DNA of 64,000 nucleotides, taken from IMG/VR virus record IMGVR_UViG_3300045988_107309. One strand, 5' to 3'. The number at the start of each line of letters is the position of its first letter. Within the stretch, counting starts at the first letter, position 1. Positions 53,848 to 62,743 of the stretch are shown piece after piece. Source of the DNA: a virus. The translations under genes were made by a program, and so were the position numbers. The notes under the pieces were generated by a model that was not told the DNA's origin, searched no databases, and was given only the letters and a program-made list of their open reading frames with translations.

Positions 53848-54705
53848 ATGGGAATGTTTAAAAAAGGATTTGAAGCAAACAGACAAGAGAAAGCAAGACA
53901 GGAAAAACTTGCAGAGAACAGAGGTAAGAAGCTGTTCCGTTTCTTCTTAGGAAAAGACGGAGAAGAAGCTGACCTTATCTTTTTAACAGAAGAGCCAGTA
54001 AATTTCCATGAGCATACAGTGAAAGGCTCAAGAAATGGAAAAGAGGTGTTTGACACCTTTACCTGTACAGGTGATGATAACTGTGAGTTATGTAATGATG
54101 GTGACAGACCTTCCTTTAAAGGTGCTTTCCTTGTGTACGACCAGAGACCATTTGAGTACACTGATAAGAATGGAAAGAAGCAGAAAGCTGACGGAAGTTT
54201 AAAGCTGTTCGTATATGGAACTAAAGTAGTTTCTCAGCTTGACCGTATCAGCAGTAAGTATGGTCTCACCGGCAGAGAGATTACAATGGTTCGTCTGGGT
54301 TCTGGTACATCAACTAACTACACCTTTGAGAGAGGTGACAAGATTTCTCTTACAGAGAAAGAGATTACAAATATGTTGCCGGAGAAACTTCGTGAGGAGT
54401 ATGACGGAACAGAAGACAGTCTCTATTCAATCATTGAGAGACAGCTTGAAATGAGTGTGAAAGGTTACACTGGTGAAGAGTCTGACAGTGATGATGAAGA
54501 TGATGACAGCTATGACGGAAGAGACGCAGTTATGGGTGTTGATGATGACGAAGAAACAGGTGAAAAACCTGCCAGAAAACTTTCTGGTGGAAAGAAGCTG
54601 AACTCTTCTAAGAAGAAAACACTCTTTAAGAAACCTGCGGAGAACAGTGTTAAGAAACCACAGAACAAGGCTAAGTCACTTATTAAAAGAAGTGTTAGCA
54701 AATAA
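53848..54705 (+). CDS. putative ssDNA-binding protein (gp32-like zinc motif, acidic tail)
   Basis: H...C-x5-C-x2-C (FHEHTV...FTCTGDDNCELC) and the acidic tract ESDSDDEDDDSYDG followed by a basic C-terminus; position in the replication module. Confidence 0.45.
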   Translation: MGMFKKGFEANRQEKARQEKLAENRGKKLFRFFLGKDGEEADLIFLTEEPVNFHEHTVKGSRNGKEVFDTFTCTGDDNCELCNDGDRPSFKGAFLVYDQRPFEYTDKNGKKQKADGSLKLFVYGTKVVSQLDRISSKYGLTGREITMVRLGSGTSTNYTFERGDKISLTEKEITNMLPEKLREEYDGTEDSLYSIIERQLEMSVKGYTGEESDSDDEDDDSYDGRDAVMGVDDDEETGEKPARKLSGGKKLNSSKKKTLFKKPAENSVKKPQNKAKSLIKRSVSK

Positions 54706-54725
54706 AAACAAGGAGGACAAGTGAA

Positions 54726-54992
54726 ATGTCTGGAATTAAAGATTTTATTGAAGCGTATGCCATGAAACGAGGTATCAGCAAAGTTCAAGCAGAACAGGAA
54801 GTGAAAGCATTTCTTGATGTTATGAAAGACAAGCTGAAAGCAGGTGGGGTATCATTTAAGGGTATCTTCACAATCAAGAAAGTTGTTAAGAAAGGTCGTT
54901 CTGGTAAGTGTAATGGTCGTGAATACACTACAGAAGATAAGAACAGCTTGAAGCTGACTGTAGGTGCTGACTTAGAGCAGGAACTCAACTAA
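54726..54992 (+). CDS. HU/IHF-family DNA-binding protein
   Basis: 88 aa; ...KVQAEQEVKAFLDVMKDKLKAGGVSFKGIFTIKKVVKKGRSG.N.R...T....L pattern of bacterial histone-like proteins. Confidence 0.7.
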   Translation: MSGIKDFIEAYAMKRGISKVQAEQEVKAFLDVMKDKLKAGGVSFKGIFTIKKVVKKGRSGKCNGREYTTEDKNSLKLTVGADLEQELN

Positions 54993-55013
54993 AGGTCATT
55001 TGCAGTAATTGAG

Positions 55014-55059
55014 TGAGTAGTTTATACTTATACCAGAGTATGAACTACTCATTATTTTT
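55014..55059 (+). terminator. rho-independent terminator
   Basis: TGAGTAGTT(55014-55022)/AACTACTCA(55043-55051), then TTATTTTT. Confidence 0.7.
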
Positions 55060-55076
55060 AAGAAAGGAGAGTGCAG

Positions 55077-57446
55077 ATGAAGCTGAAAAGAGTAAAGCCG
55101 ATTGAAGGGAAGAAAAAGTTAAAACCTATTCCCAGAAAAAAGCCGAAACTTAAAGCACCTTATTCTAAGGAATATATAGATAAGTCCTTGAAGGACGTTT
55201 TAAGTGAAGCATACACTGGTAAGTATCATAACAACTTCCCTTTTGAGCCGGAAATGATAGAGTATGAAGTCATTACTGATGAAGAAAGACTTGAGTGGTT
55301 GTCAGATGTGATGATGGATATTCCAGAGTTTGCTTTCGATACAGAGACTAATACGCTTGATGTTTTAGGTCCGAATAAGAATTTCAAGTGTGTTGGTATC
55401 AGTATTTCATGGGGCGAAAGAAATAACTACTACATACCTGTAGGTCACATAAGAGAAGAGGACATTGATAATCAGATTGACCTTGATATTGTGGTAGAGT
55501 ATTTGAAACCAGTGTTTGAGCGTTTAGATGTAAGAATCATTGGACATAACCTTAAATTCGATATGCACGTTATGAAACGTATCGGTATTGAGATTAAGAC
55601 AAAAGACCTGTTCGACACAATGTTAGCGTCATGGTTGTGTAATGAGAATACACCTAACGGTTTGAAAGATAACTCACTTGAGAAGATGGGTCTGAAACAG
55701 ACTCACTTTGCAGAAGCAACAGCAACAGTGCCGAATGAGGTGAAGAAGCAGTTTGGATTCAAGGCTAATTCCAGAGTGACCTTTGATTTAGTGCTTATTG
55801 AAGATGGTGCTCCTTATGCTTTAGCTGACGCATTTTACACCTACTGTCTGTATCTTGGATTCACACAGGAACTTGTTGATGAAAAGATGGATAAGATTTA
55901 TTACAAGATGTACATTCCATTCTTGATTGCATTGTATAGAATGGAGGAACAGGGTGTTACCGTTGATGTAGACAAGCTGAGACAGATGGGTGTTGATATG
56001 CAAAATGACCTTGATGAACTCACTTATAAGATTTATGAGATTGCCGGGGTAGAGTTTAATATTGGTTCAAGTCAGCAGAAAGCAGAGATTTTATTCGGGT
56101 GGGAGAAGCCAGACGTACCAGTTAAGAGAGATAAAGTACCTGCACAGGTGACTAAAATTATCCAGAACTATAAGAGTGGTGAACTTGATTTAAAAGAGAC
56201 TCAGAAAGCATTGAATGAAAAGGGTTATTACTTTGATGAAAAAGGTAACATCTGGAAAGAGTCAAATAAAAACAGAGCCATTCTTGATAAGTCTTTTGGA
56301 TTCAGAAGTACCAGTGAAACAAATTCCGGCAATCCAAGTACAGATAGTGATACTATTTGGAGATTGTCACAGTTGACCTTTAAGACTAACAGAAGAAAGC
56401 AACAGGGAGTTGAAATGTGTAAGCTGATGTTGGAGTATTCCAAGTTAGCGAAACTGAAAACAGCTTTTGTTGATGGTATTCTTGAGAAATTGTATGAAGA
56501 CGGAAAAGCACACCCGTCCTTTAACCAGATTGGTACTGATTCTGGAAGACTTTCATGTAGTAACCCGAACTTGCAACAGTTACCTAAAGCAAACGAGGAC
56601 GATAAGTACCAGATTCGTTCTGTGTTTATTGGTAGTATTGACCCCAAGACTGGTAAGAGAAAGAAGATTATCGCACTTGACTACCACAACCTTGAAATGG
56701 TGTGCTTGACTTACTTTAGTAAGGATAAGAACTTGACTGAAATGTTTGCGAATGATGATGACGCACATGGTTCTACTGCTGTGAATATGTTTAATCTTGA
56801 ATGTACCCCGGTAGAAGCAAAGAAACTTTATCCTCATTTGAGACAAGCGGCTAAGACTATCAACTTCATGTTGATGTATGGTGGAGGAGCAGGTAAACTC
56901 TATGAGAGTTTGAAGTCAGACCACTATTCACCACTTGATTTAGGAGCGAAAGAGTATCTTGACTTGTATCACTGTAAAAATGGTGTGGACGTTGCACAGC
57001 AGTTCATTGATAAGTACTTTGACTCATACAGTGGAGTAGCAAAATTTATTTCCGGTCAGAAGAAGTATGCACATAGAAATAAGTGTGTTTACACAATTTT
57101 GGGTAGAAAGAGAAGACTGCCAGATATAAATTCACATGACAGAAAGGTGTCAAGTTATTGTGAGCGTTTAGCTGTCAATAGTGCTATTCAAGGAACTGCC
57201 GGAGATATATGTATCAATGCTCAGATAAGAGTGGACGCAGATGAAAGACTGAGAGAACTCGGCTGTAATATGATGATTCAAGTACATGATGAATTGGTGT
57301 TTGAGTGTCCAGAAGAACATTTGGAAGAAGCAATTCCATTGATTAAAGACTACATGGAACACCCATTTGGTGACAGTGAATCAAGACAAGTTCCATTCTT
57401 GAGAGCAGACTACGACACTGGTGACAGTTATCAAGACGCAAAATAG
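55077..57446 (+). CDS. polA: family A DNA polymerase with 3'-5' exonuclease domain
   Basis: Exo I FAFDTETN; pol motif A LDYHNLEM, motif B RQAAKTINFMLMYGG, motif C QVHDELVFE; ATG 55077 lies 6 nt after GGAGA. Confidence 0.9.
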   Translation: MKLKRVKPIEGKKKLKPIPRKKPKLKAPYSKEYIDKSLKDVLSEAYTGKYHNNFPFEPEMIEYEVITDEERLEWLSDVMMDIPEFAFDTETNTLDVLGPNKNFKCVGISISWGERNNYYIPVGHIREEDIDNQIDLDIVVEYLKPVFERLDVRIIGHNLKFDMHVMKRIGIEIKTKDLFDTMLASWLCNENTPNGLKDNSLEKMGLKQTHFAEATATVPNEVKKQFGFKANSRVTFDLVLIEDGAPYALADAFYTYCLYLGFTQELVDEKMDKIYYKMYIPFLIALYRMEEQGVTVDVDKLRQMGVDMQNDLDELTYKIYEIAGVEFNIGSSQQKAEILFGWEKPDVPVKRDKVPAQVTKIIQNYKSGELDLKETQKALNEKGYYFDEKGNIWKESNKNRAILDKSFGFRSTSETNSGNPSTDSDTIWRLSQLTFKTNRRKQQGVEMCKLMLEYSKLAKLKTAFVDGILEKLYEDGKAHPSFNQIGTDSGRLSCSNPNLQQLPKANEDDKYQIRSVFIGSIDPKTGKRKKIIALDYHNLEMVCLTYFSKDKNLTEMFANDDDAHGSTAVNMFNLECTPVEAKKLYPHLRQAAKTINFMLMYGGGAGKLYESLKSDHYSPLDLGAKEYLDLYHCKNGVDVAQQFIDKYFDSYSGVAKFISGQKKYAHRNKCVYTILGRKRRLPDINSHDRKVSSYCERLAVNSAIQGTAGDICINAQIRVDADERLRELGCNMMIQVHDELVFECPEEHLEEAIPLIKDYMEHPFGDSESRQVPFLRADYDTGDSYQDAK

Positions 57447-57456
57447 AGGTGATGTA

Positions 57457-57621
57457 ATGAAACAGTACAGTTGTCCTAAATGTGGTAGTAAAGATTTATT
57501 CCTCAAAGAGTCCGGTAATCATACTGGACTCTACTGTGGAGATTGTGGTAGTTGGTTAAAATGGGTGAGCAAGAAAGAGAAGCCACTCATTGAAAGATTC
57601 ATAGAAAAGGAGAGTAAGTGA
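57457..57621 (+). CDS. small zinc-ribbon protein
   Basis: CPKCGS...CGDCGS; ATG 57457 after AGAGGTGA. Confidence 0.5.
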   Translation: MKQYSCPKCGSKDLFLKESGNHTGLYCGDCGSWLKWVSKKEKPLIERFIEKESK

Positions 57622-57622
57622 T

Positions 57623-58270
57623 ATGCAGTATCAGATTTTTAAGACAAACGGAGAATTAGTTGCATGGATTGACACAGAGACAGAAGACGCAGTTTTAAAG
57701 AGAGGTTATGAAGTGCAAAAAGGTGAGAATCTTTCAGTACAGGAAGTACTTGAGAAAGGTGTTAAACCTTGTGTTGCAGAGTTTGAGAAAGTTAGTTGGG
57801 GTCAGTATTGTTATGACAGAAAGTGTGACCCGGCTAATGTGTTTACTGAACCTCACTCTAAGGAGTATGACAGAATCAAACTTCCTAAGAGAGCAACTAA
57901 AGGTTCTGCTGGATATGATTTCTACGCACTGTTTGATATTACACTGAATCCGGGAGAAACAATTCAGTTCCCAACAGGTATCAGATGTAAGATGAAAGAC
58001 AATGTAGTTCTTATGCTTTATCCGAGAAGTGGTCTTGGATTTAAGTATCGTCTGAGACTTGAAAATACTGTGGGAGTAATTGACAGTGATTATTATAACA
58101 GTAAGAATGAAGGTCACATTCAAGTGAAGATGACAAATGAGGGTAATCGTCCTGTTACAATCAAAGCCGGAGAAGCCTATATGCAAGGTATCTTCACAGA
58201 GTATCTTTTAGCTGATGAAGAAGAAGTTACAGAAGAGAGAGACGGTGGATTTGGTTCTACCACAAAATAA
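57623..58270 (+). CDS. dut: dUTP diphosphatase with about 80-aa N-terminal extension
   Basis: trimeric dUTPase motifs: KGSAGYDFYA, PRSGLGFKY, GVIDSDYY, GGFGSTTK. Confidence 0.8.
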   Translation: MQYQIFKTNGELVAWIDTETEDAVLKRGYEVQKGENLSVQEVLEKGVKPCVAEFEKVSWGQYCYDRKCDPANVFTEPHSKEYDRIKLPKRATKGSAGYDFYALFDITLNPGETIQFPTGIRCKMKDNVVLMLYPRSGLGFKYRLRLENTVGVIDSDYYNSKNEGHIQVKMTNEGNRPVTIKAGEAYMQGIFTEYLLADEEEVTEERDGGFGSTTK

Positions 58271-58279
58271 GAGGTGAAC

Positions 58280-58319
58280 ATAGGCAGTCTGAGATATGAC
58301 TGCCTATTACTATTCTTTT
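58280..58319 (+). terminator. rho-independent terminator
   Basis: ATAGGCAGTC(58280-58289)/GACTGCCTAT(58298-58307), then TACTATTCTTTT. Confidence 0.75.
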
Positions 58320-58346
58320 GACAATCTTCTGGATATATATTATAAT
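58318..58346 (+). promoter_or_regulatory. consensus sigma70-type promoter
   Basis: TTGACA (58318-58323), 17 nt, TATAAT (58341-58346). Confidence 0.65.
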
Positions 58347-58398
58347 AAAGTCATACAATCTAAAAAGTATGAATTTATGTAGAAAGGAGATATTAAGA

Positions 58399-58602
58399 AT
58401 GGCAAGAGATACCTTAGTTCCGAAGAAAGAACGGACTACAGTAGTAGCAAGTAAGACTCTTCTGGATAGAATTAGTGTTCATGTAGCAAAGAATGGTGAT
58501 AACCAGACTAACTTTGTTACCAGAGCATTAGTTAATCAGCTTGAGCGTGAGGGTGATATTGGAATAAGAAGCATATTGGAGGAAGAAGAGAATGGCGATT
58601 AA
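58399..58602 (+). CDS. ribbon-helix-helix (Arc/CopG-like) protein
   Basis: ATG 58399 after AAAGGAGA; ...[26 protein letters not shown] pattern. Confidence 0.45.
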   Translation: MARDTLVPKKERTTVVASKTLLDRISVHVAKNGDNQTNFVTRALVNQLEREGDIGIRSILEEEENGD

Positions 58603-59746
58603 GAAAAAGACAGCAGTAAAGACTCCTGTAAAATCACAGGCTACAAAGACAGTTTCACAGAAAGGTGATTCTGCCAGAGATTCCAGACTCAACAAACTGG
58701 TAGATGACATTAACAAGAAGTATGGTACTAATGCTGTAATGAGGGGATTCCCTAAAAAGATTACAGATGATGAAGACGATTGGTACACTATTCAGAGATT
58801 CGGCACTTCTATTCCGTCTTTAGATATTGCTGTTGGTGGTGGTATTCCTATTGGACGTTACACTGAAATTCAAGGAGCGTTTTCTTCCTTTAAAACTACT
58901 GTTACACTTCATTGTATGAGAGAGTTCCAGAAGAGATTTGGTAAGACTGTTCTCCTGTGTGACGCAGAGGGTACTACTACAGACAGTGACAAATACCTCA
59001 CACAGCTTGAGATTGACGGAGACCTTTTCATGTTCAATCCGAGTTCTGGTCTTGAAGAGACTACACAGTTGATTCTTGATACTATGGATAACCCAGAAGT
59101 AAAACTGGGAGTGATTGATTCTATTGAAGCACTTGTACCTACAAAAGAGTATGAGAGTGGAATGGACGATACTGTTCAGATGGGTATTAAACCTAAGTTA
59201 CTGGCTGAGTTCTTTAGAAAGTTTCAAGCAAAGAATAACAAACTCAGAAGACAGGGTGAAATGCCTTTCACACTTATCGGTATTAACCAGTTGAAAGATA
59301 AGATTTCTCTTTATGGTGGTGAGTTTGCTCCCGGAGGAAAAGCAAAAGACTTTGCACAGTCTTTGTGTATTAAGTTCCGAAAGGGTGACACAATCACTGA
59401 GGGAACAGGTGAGAATAAAGTAGCAGTAGGACAGACTGTGAAGTTTAAAGTTGAGAAGAACAAGACGTTTCCATCTGGTAAACAGGGTGAGTTTGATATG
59501 TACACAGAAGATAACAGTGCAGGTGTTAAGAAAGGATTCTGTGATATTTATATGTCCATTATCCTTGAAGCTAAGTCTTTTGGTCTTATTGAACGTGCCG
59601 GAAGTTATTTCTATCTTTCCAGTGACCCGACTAACAAATTTCAAGGACAGGAAAAACTTATTGATTACCTCATGGATAACCCAGATATTATTGAGAGTAT
59701 GAAAGATGAAATTCTTTCTATTGCCAATAAGAAAGTGGGAATGTAA
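58592..59746 (+). CDS. RecA-family recombinase with atypical Walker A
   Basis: [20 protein letters not shown] aligns with RecA [20 protein letters not shown]; [24 protein letters not shown]...[13 protein letters not shown] match the RecA core. Confidence 0.7.
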   Translation: MAIKKKTAVKTPVKSQATKTVSQKGDSARDSRLNKLVDDINKKYGTNAVMRGFPKKITDDEDDWYTIQRFGTSIPSLDIAVGGGIPIGRYTEIQGAFSSFKTTVTLHCMREFQKRFGKTVLLCDAEGTTTDSDKYLTQLEIDGDLFMFNPSSGLEETTQLILDTMDNPEVKLGVIDSIEALVPTKEYESGMDDTVQMGIKPKLLAEFFRKFQAKNNKLRRQGEMPFTLIGINQLKDKISLYGGEFAPGGKAKDFAQSLCIKFRKGDTITEGTGENKVAVGQTVKFKVEKNKTFPSGKQGEFDMYTEDNSAGVKKGFCDIYMSIILEAKSFGLIERAGSYFYLSSDPTNKFQGQEKLIDYLMDNPDIIESMKDEILSIANKKVGM

Positions 59747-60006
59747 TGAAGTTCAGTAAAGGTTATAAAGAAAGTCGGGATAAAGTAAAAAAGAGTGCCA
59801 AGTTCACAAGGTCATGCTTTAATTGTGACTACTTCTTTAAGACTATGAGTGATAAAGAAGAGGTGTGTCAGAATCCGAATGTCACACAGTTTGACCTTGT
59901 GACGGACGAGAATAATATTTACTGCTGTTATTGGAGACAGAGTGAAAGAAAGAGTGATAACGATTCTCTGTTTAAAGGTGGCACAGGAAGGAATAGAACA
60001 ATATGA
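59746..60006 (+). CDS. hypothetical Cys-rich protein
   Basis: CFNCDY...CQNP...YCCYW. Confidence 0.45.
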   Translation: MKFSKGYKESRDKVKKSAKFTRSCFNCDYFFKTMSDKEEVCQNPNVTQFDLVTDENNIYCCYWRQSERKSDNDSLFKGGTGRNRTI

Positions 60007-60485
60007 AGACAGTAAAGAAACGCTCCCAGATACAGGAGAAAAGTGTTGCTAAAGGTATGGGTGCTAAGACAGTAGTTGCCAGTGGTGCTTTATGGAGTGC
60101 CAAAGGTGATGTGAGAAATGACAAGTTCCTTATTGAGTGCAAGACTACTGAAAAGGACTTCTATCCTATCACTACAAAAGTGTGGGAGAAGATTTCTCTT
60201 GAAGCAGATAAAGACGGAATGAGAATACCTCTTCTGTTTGTAGATTTAAGAGATACAGACAGATATGTGGTGTTCAATCCGAATGACTTTTCCATACAGG
60301 TTAATACTTATGAGATTGTTCCTCATGTTCATGGTGGATTTAAGTCCTATCGTTTTAAGGGATATACAGAAGAGGAACTTCCTTTGCTGTTTAGTTTAGT
60401 ACCTGTTAAAATGAATAAGAAAAATCATATTCTTATGGTGATGAAGTATGAGGACTTTAGAAGTCACTTTGAGGAGGAATTGTAA
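60003..60485 (+). CDS. PD-(D/E)XK nuclease (possible Holliday junction resolvase)
   Basis: GALWSAKGDVRNDKFLIECKTTEK contains a D...E-x-K catalytic arrangement. Confidence 0.5.
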   Translation: MKTVKKRSQIQEKSVAKGMGAKTVVASGALWSAKGDVRNDKFLIECKTTEKDFYPITTKVWEKISLEADKDGMRIPLLFVDLRDTDRYVVFNPNDFSIQVNTYEIVPHVHGGFKSYRFKGYTEEELPLLFSLVPVKMNKKNHILMVMKYEDFRSHFEEEL

Positions 60486-60700
60486 TGAAACTTGTGAAAG
60501 TAGATATGGGTAAGAATATCTGTGAAAGGTACGAGTGTGGCAAGTGTGGTTATAGATTTCCTATGTACCTTGTTGATAAAGAGGGAAATTATAACCCTTT
60601 TAGTAACAGTAGCTTTTTCAAACCGGGAACTCATTATAACTACTGTCCTATGTGTGGTGAGAAAGTAGATAAGGAGGAACAGAAAGTTGAGTCTAAATAG
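60485..60700 (+). CDS. small zinc-ribbon protein
   Basis: CGKCGY...CPMCGE. Confidence 0.45.
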   Translation: MKLVKVDMGKNICERYECGKCGYRFPMYLVDKEGNYNPFSNSSFFKPGTHYNYCPMCGEKVDKEEQKVESK

Positions 60701-61577
60701 TTTATTCCAGTCAGTGAAGCAGGAGGGGTATATTATCAAACCCCTCGACTTCTTTTTAGAGAAACAGGCAAATGCAGATAATGACCGGGCAGTAGATGTA
60801 AATGCTCCATCACAAGCAGGTCAGTGTATGCGACACAATTATTACATGAGAAAGAGATATGACTCAGATGGTGATATTGGTGCAAGAACACAGCGTATCT
60901 TTGATAATGGTACATACACACATGAGAGACTACAGGCTTATCTTCTGGAAATGTTTTTGCTGATATGTGATGAAGTACCTCTGTTAGATGAAGAGTACAA
61001 TATTCAAGGACACACTGATGGTTTTCTGGATTTGCCAGATGATGAAATAGCAATACTGGAAATTAAGTCAATCAATGACAATCAGTTTAACCAGTTGAAA
61101 GACGCTAAAGAGGAGCATAAGCAACAGGGTCTTATCTATCTTTATTGTGCAGAGCAGAGAAGACTTGCTTTAAGGAAGAAGTATAAGACTCTGAAAGATT
61201 TCTATGCTTCACAGGAAGAGAGAGCAGAGTACTACAGGTCTAAGTATCAACACATGAAAGGTGGAAGAAAGTTTACCAGAGAACAGAAGATTCAGCATGA
61301 GGTAGACCTTAACTTGATTTGTGATGATATTCTGTACCAGACGGATAAACCTATTACAAAGGTTATTTTTCTGTATGAGAATAAAAATAACCAAGAACTG
61401 AAAGAGTATGTTGTGGAGAGAAATAAGGTGACAGAACATATTCTTACAGGTGTTCTTAACAGATATGAAGAGTTGAATGAGTACTGTGAGGAAGAGGAAG
61501 TTCCACCAAGAGAGGGTACAAGCAAGTCTTGTCAGACCTGTAGATGGTGTCAGTATTCTCTTGAATGTTGGAGGTAA
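60687..61577 (+). CDS. Cas4/RecB-like PD-(D/E)XK exonuclease with Fe-S cysteine cluster
   Basis: GHTDGFL...ILEIKS (D, E-x-K); one N-terminal Cys (QAGQCMRH) plus C-terminal CQTCRWCQYSLEC; TTG start. Confidence 0.65.
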   Translation: MSLNSLFQSVKQEGYIIKPLDFFLEKQANADNDRAVDVNAPSQAGQCMRHNYYMRKRYDSDGDIGARTQRIFDNGTYTHERLQAYLLEMFLLICDEVPLLDEEYNIQGHTDGFLDLPDDEIAILEIKSINDNQFNQLKDAKEEHKQQGLIYLYCAEQRRLALRKKYKTLKDFYASQEERAEYYRSKYQHMKGGRKFTREQKIQHEVDLNLICDDILYQTDKPITKVIFLYENKNNQELKEYVVERNKVTEHILTGVLNRYEELNEYCEEEEVPPREGTSKSCQTCRWCQYSLECWR

Positions 61578-61582
61578 TTCCT

Positions 61583-62104
61583 ATGAGTGTGCTTAAAGAA
61601 TGTCCTTCATTTAAAGGAGTCATATATGCTTCTAACAAAGGCAACATTTATAAGAAGAACTCTAAAGGAGTGTTGAAACCTTTGAAGCAGAGATATGATA
61701 AAGATGGGTATTTGCTTGTGTCCTTTAGAATAAATGGTGTTCCTTATACCAAAAAATCACATAGACTTGTGGCAGAAGCATTTATTCCTAATCCTAAAAA
61801 TCTTCCCTATGTAAATCATAAGAAAGGTAAGAAGGATAAAAATGTTCCAAGTAATCTTGAATGGTGTACTGCAAAATACAACAGGATTCATGCACATAAA
61901 AATGACTTAACTTTTCACTATAAAATAACAGTGGTGAATAATTTAACTCTGGAAGTTTCGGTGTTTAACAGTTATTCAGAAGTTAAAAAGTTTATAGGGT
62001 GTAAAAATGAGTCAATGGTGAAATACCTCTGTGATGTTGTTCGACCAGTTAGGGGTAAATATAAACACTTATCTTTTATAAGAGAGGAGGTTCATCATAA
62101 ATGA
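61583..62104 (+). mobile_element. free-standing HNH homing endonuclease (NUMOD4 + HNH_3 type)
   Basis: IYASNKGNIYK (NUMOD4-like), GYLLVSFRINGVPYTKKSHRLVAEAFIPNPKNLPYVNHKKGKKDKNVPSNLEW (HNH_3); ATG 61583 lies 7 nt after GGAGGTAA. Confidence 0.7.
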
Positions 62105-62652
62105 AACTACAGAAAAAACAAAAGCTGGGGAAAGTTAGTCCTTTAAAGACTCTGAAAGAGAAGAAGAGTTATGTGGACTCTATGCACGAAGAGTTAGAAC
62201 TTAAAGGTGTTGACTTTTTCTCACCAGAAGGGTCATTGAATATTGACACTGATTATCTGTCTCTTCCGGCTAATATCACTGATGTTCCTGCTAAAGACTT
62301 AGGGGAATATCTCAACGCTTTCACACAGCAGAAAATGTATATGAGGACTCTTTTAGGTTATGCTGAGTGTATTCTTGAAGAAGCACAGAGAGAGTACCAG
62401 AAGGAAAGCCAGTACTTGTATAAGAAGTTGTCGGAAACCAAAATGTCTGAGAAAGCAAAAGAAAGAGAGTTAAACTCTGAACCGGAAATCTTCCCATACT
62501 ATGAGAAGTACATGGACTGCAAGAAGAAGTGTATGCTTTTAGAGTTGAACATTTCCAACATTGAGGATGCTATCTTTATGATAAGCCGAGAAGTCAGCCG
62601 GAGAACAGGAGACTTCAATAACGAGAACAGAAACTACAATGTAAACAGGTAG
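62101..62652 (+). CDS. hypothetical protein
   Basis: start overlaps the HNH stop (ATGA). Confidence 0.5.
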   Translation: MKLQKKQKLGKVSPLKTLKEKKSYVDSMHEELELKGVDFFSPEGSLNIDTDYLSLPANITDVPAKDLGEYLNAFTQQKMYMRTLLGYAECILEEAQREYQKESQYLYKKLSETKMSEKAKERELNSEPEIFPYYEKYMDCKKKCMLLELNISNIEDAIFMISREVSRRTGDFNNENRNYNVNR

Positions 62653-62659
62653 TGCAGAA

Positions 62660-62691
62660 AGACAGGTGTTTTACAATGCCTGTCTTTTGTT
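62660..62691 (+). terminator. rho-independent terminator
   Basis: AGACAGG(62660-62666)/CCTGTCT(62679-62685), extendable to 9 bp, then TTTGTTG. Confidence 0.65.
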
Positions 62692-62698
62692 GTATAAT
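62670..62698 (+). promoter_or_regulatory. promoter overlapping the preceding terminator
   Basis: TTTACA (62670-62675, in the terminator loop), 17 nt, TATAAT (62693-62698). Confidence 0.5.
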
Positions 62699-62743
62699 AT
62701 TCATAAAGTAATAAAAGTGTGAAAGTAAGAAAGGAGAATAACA

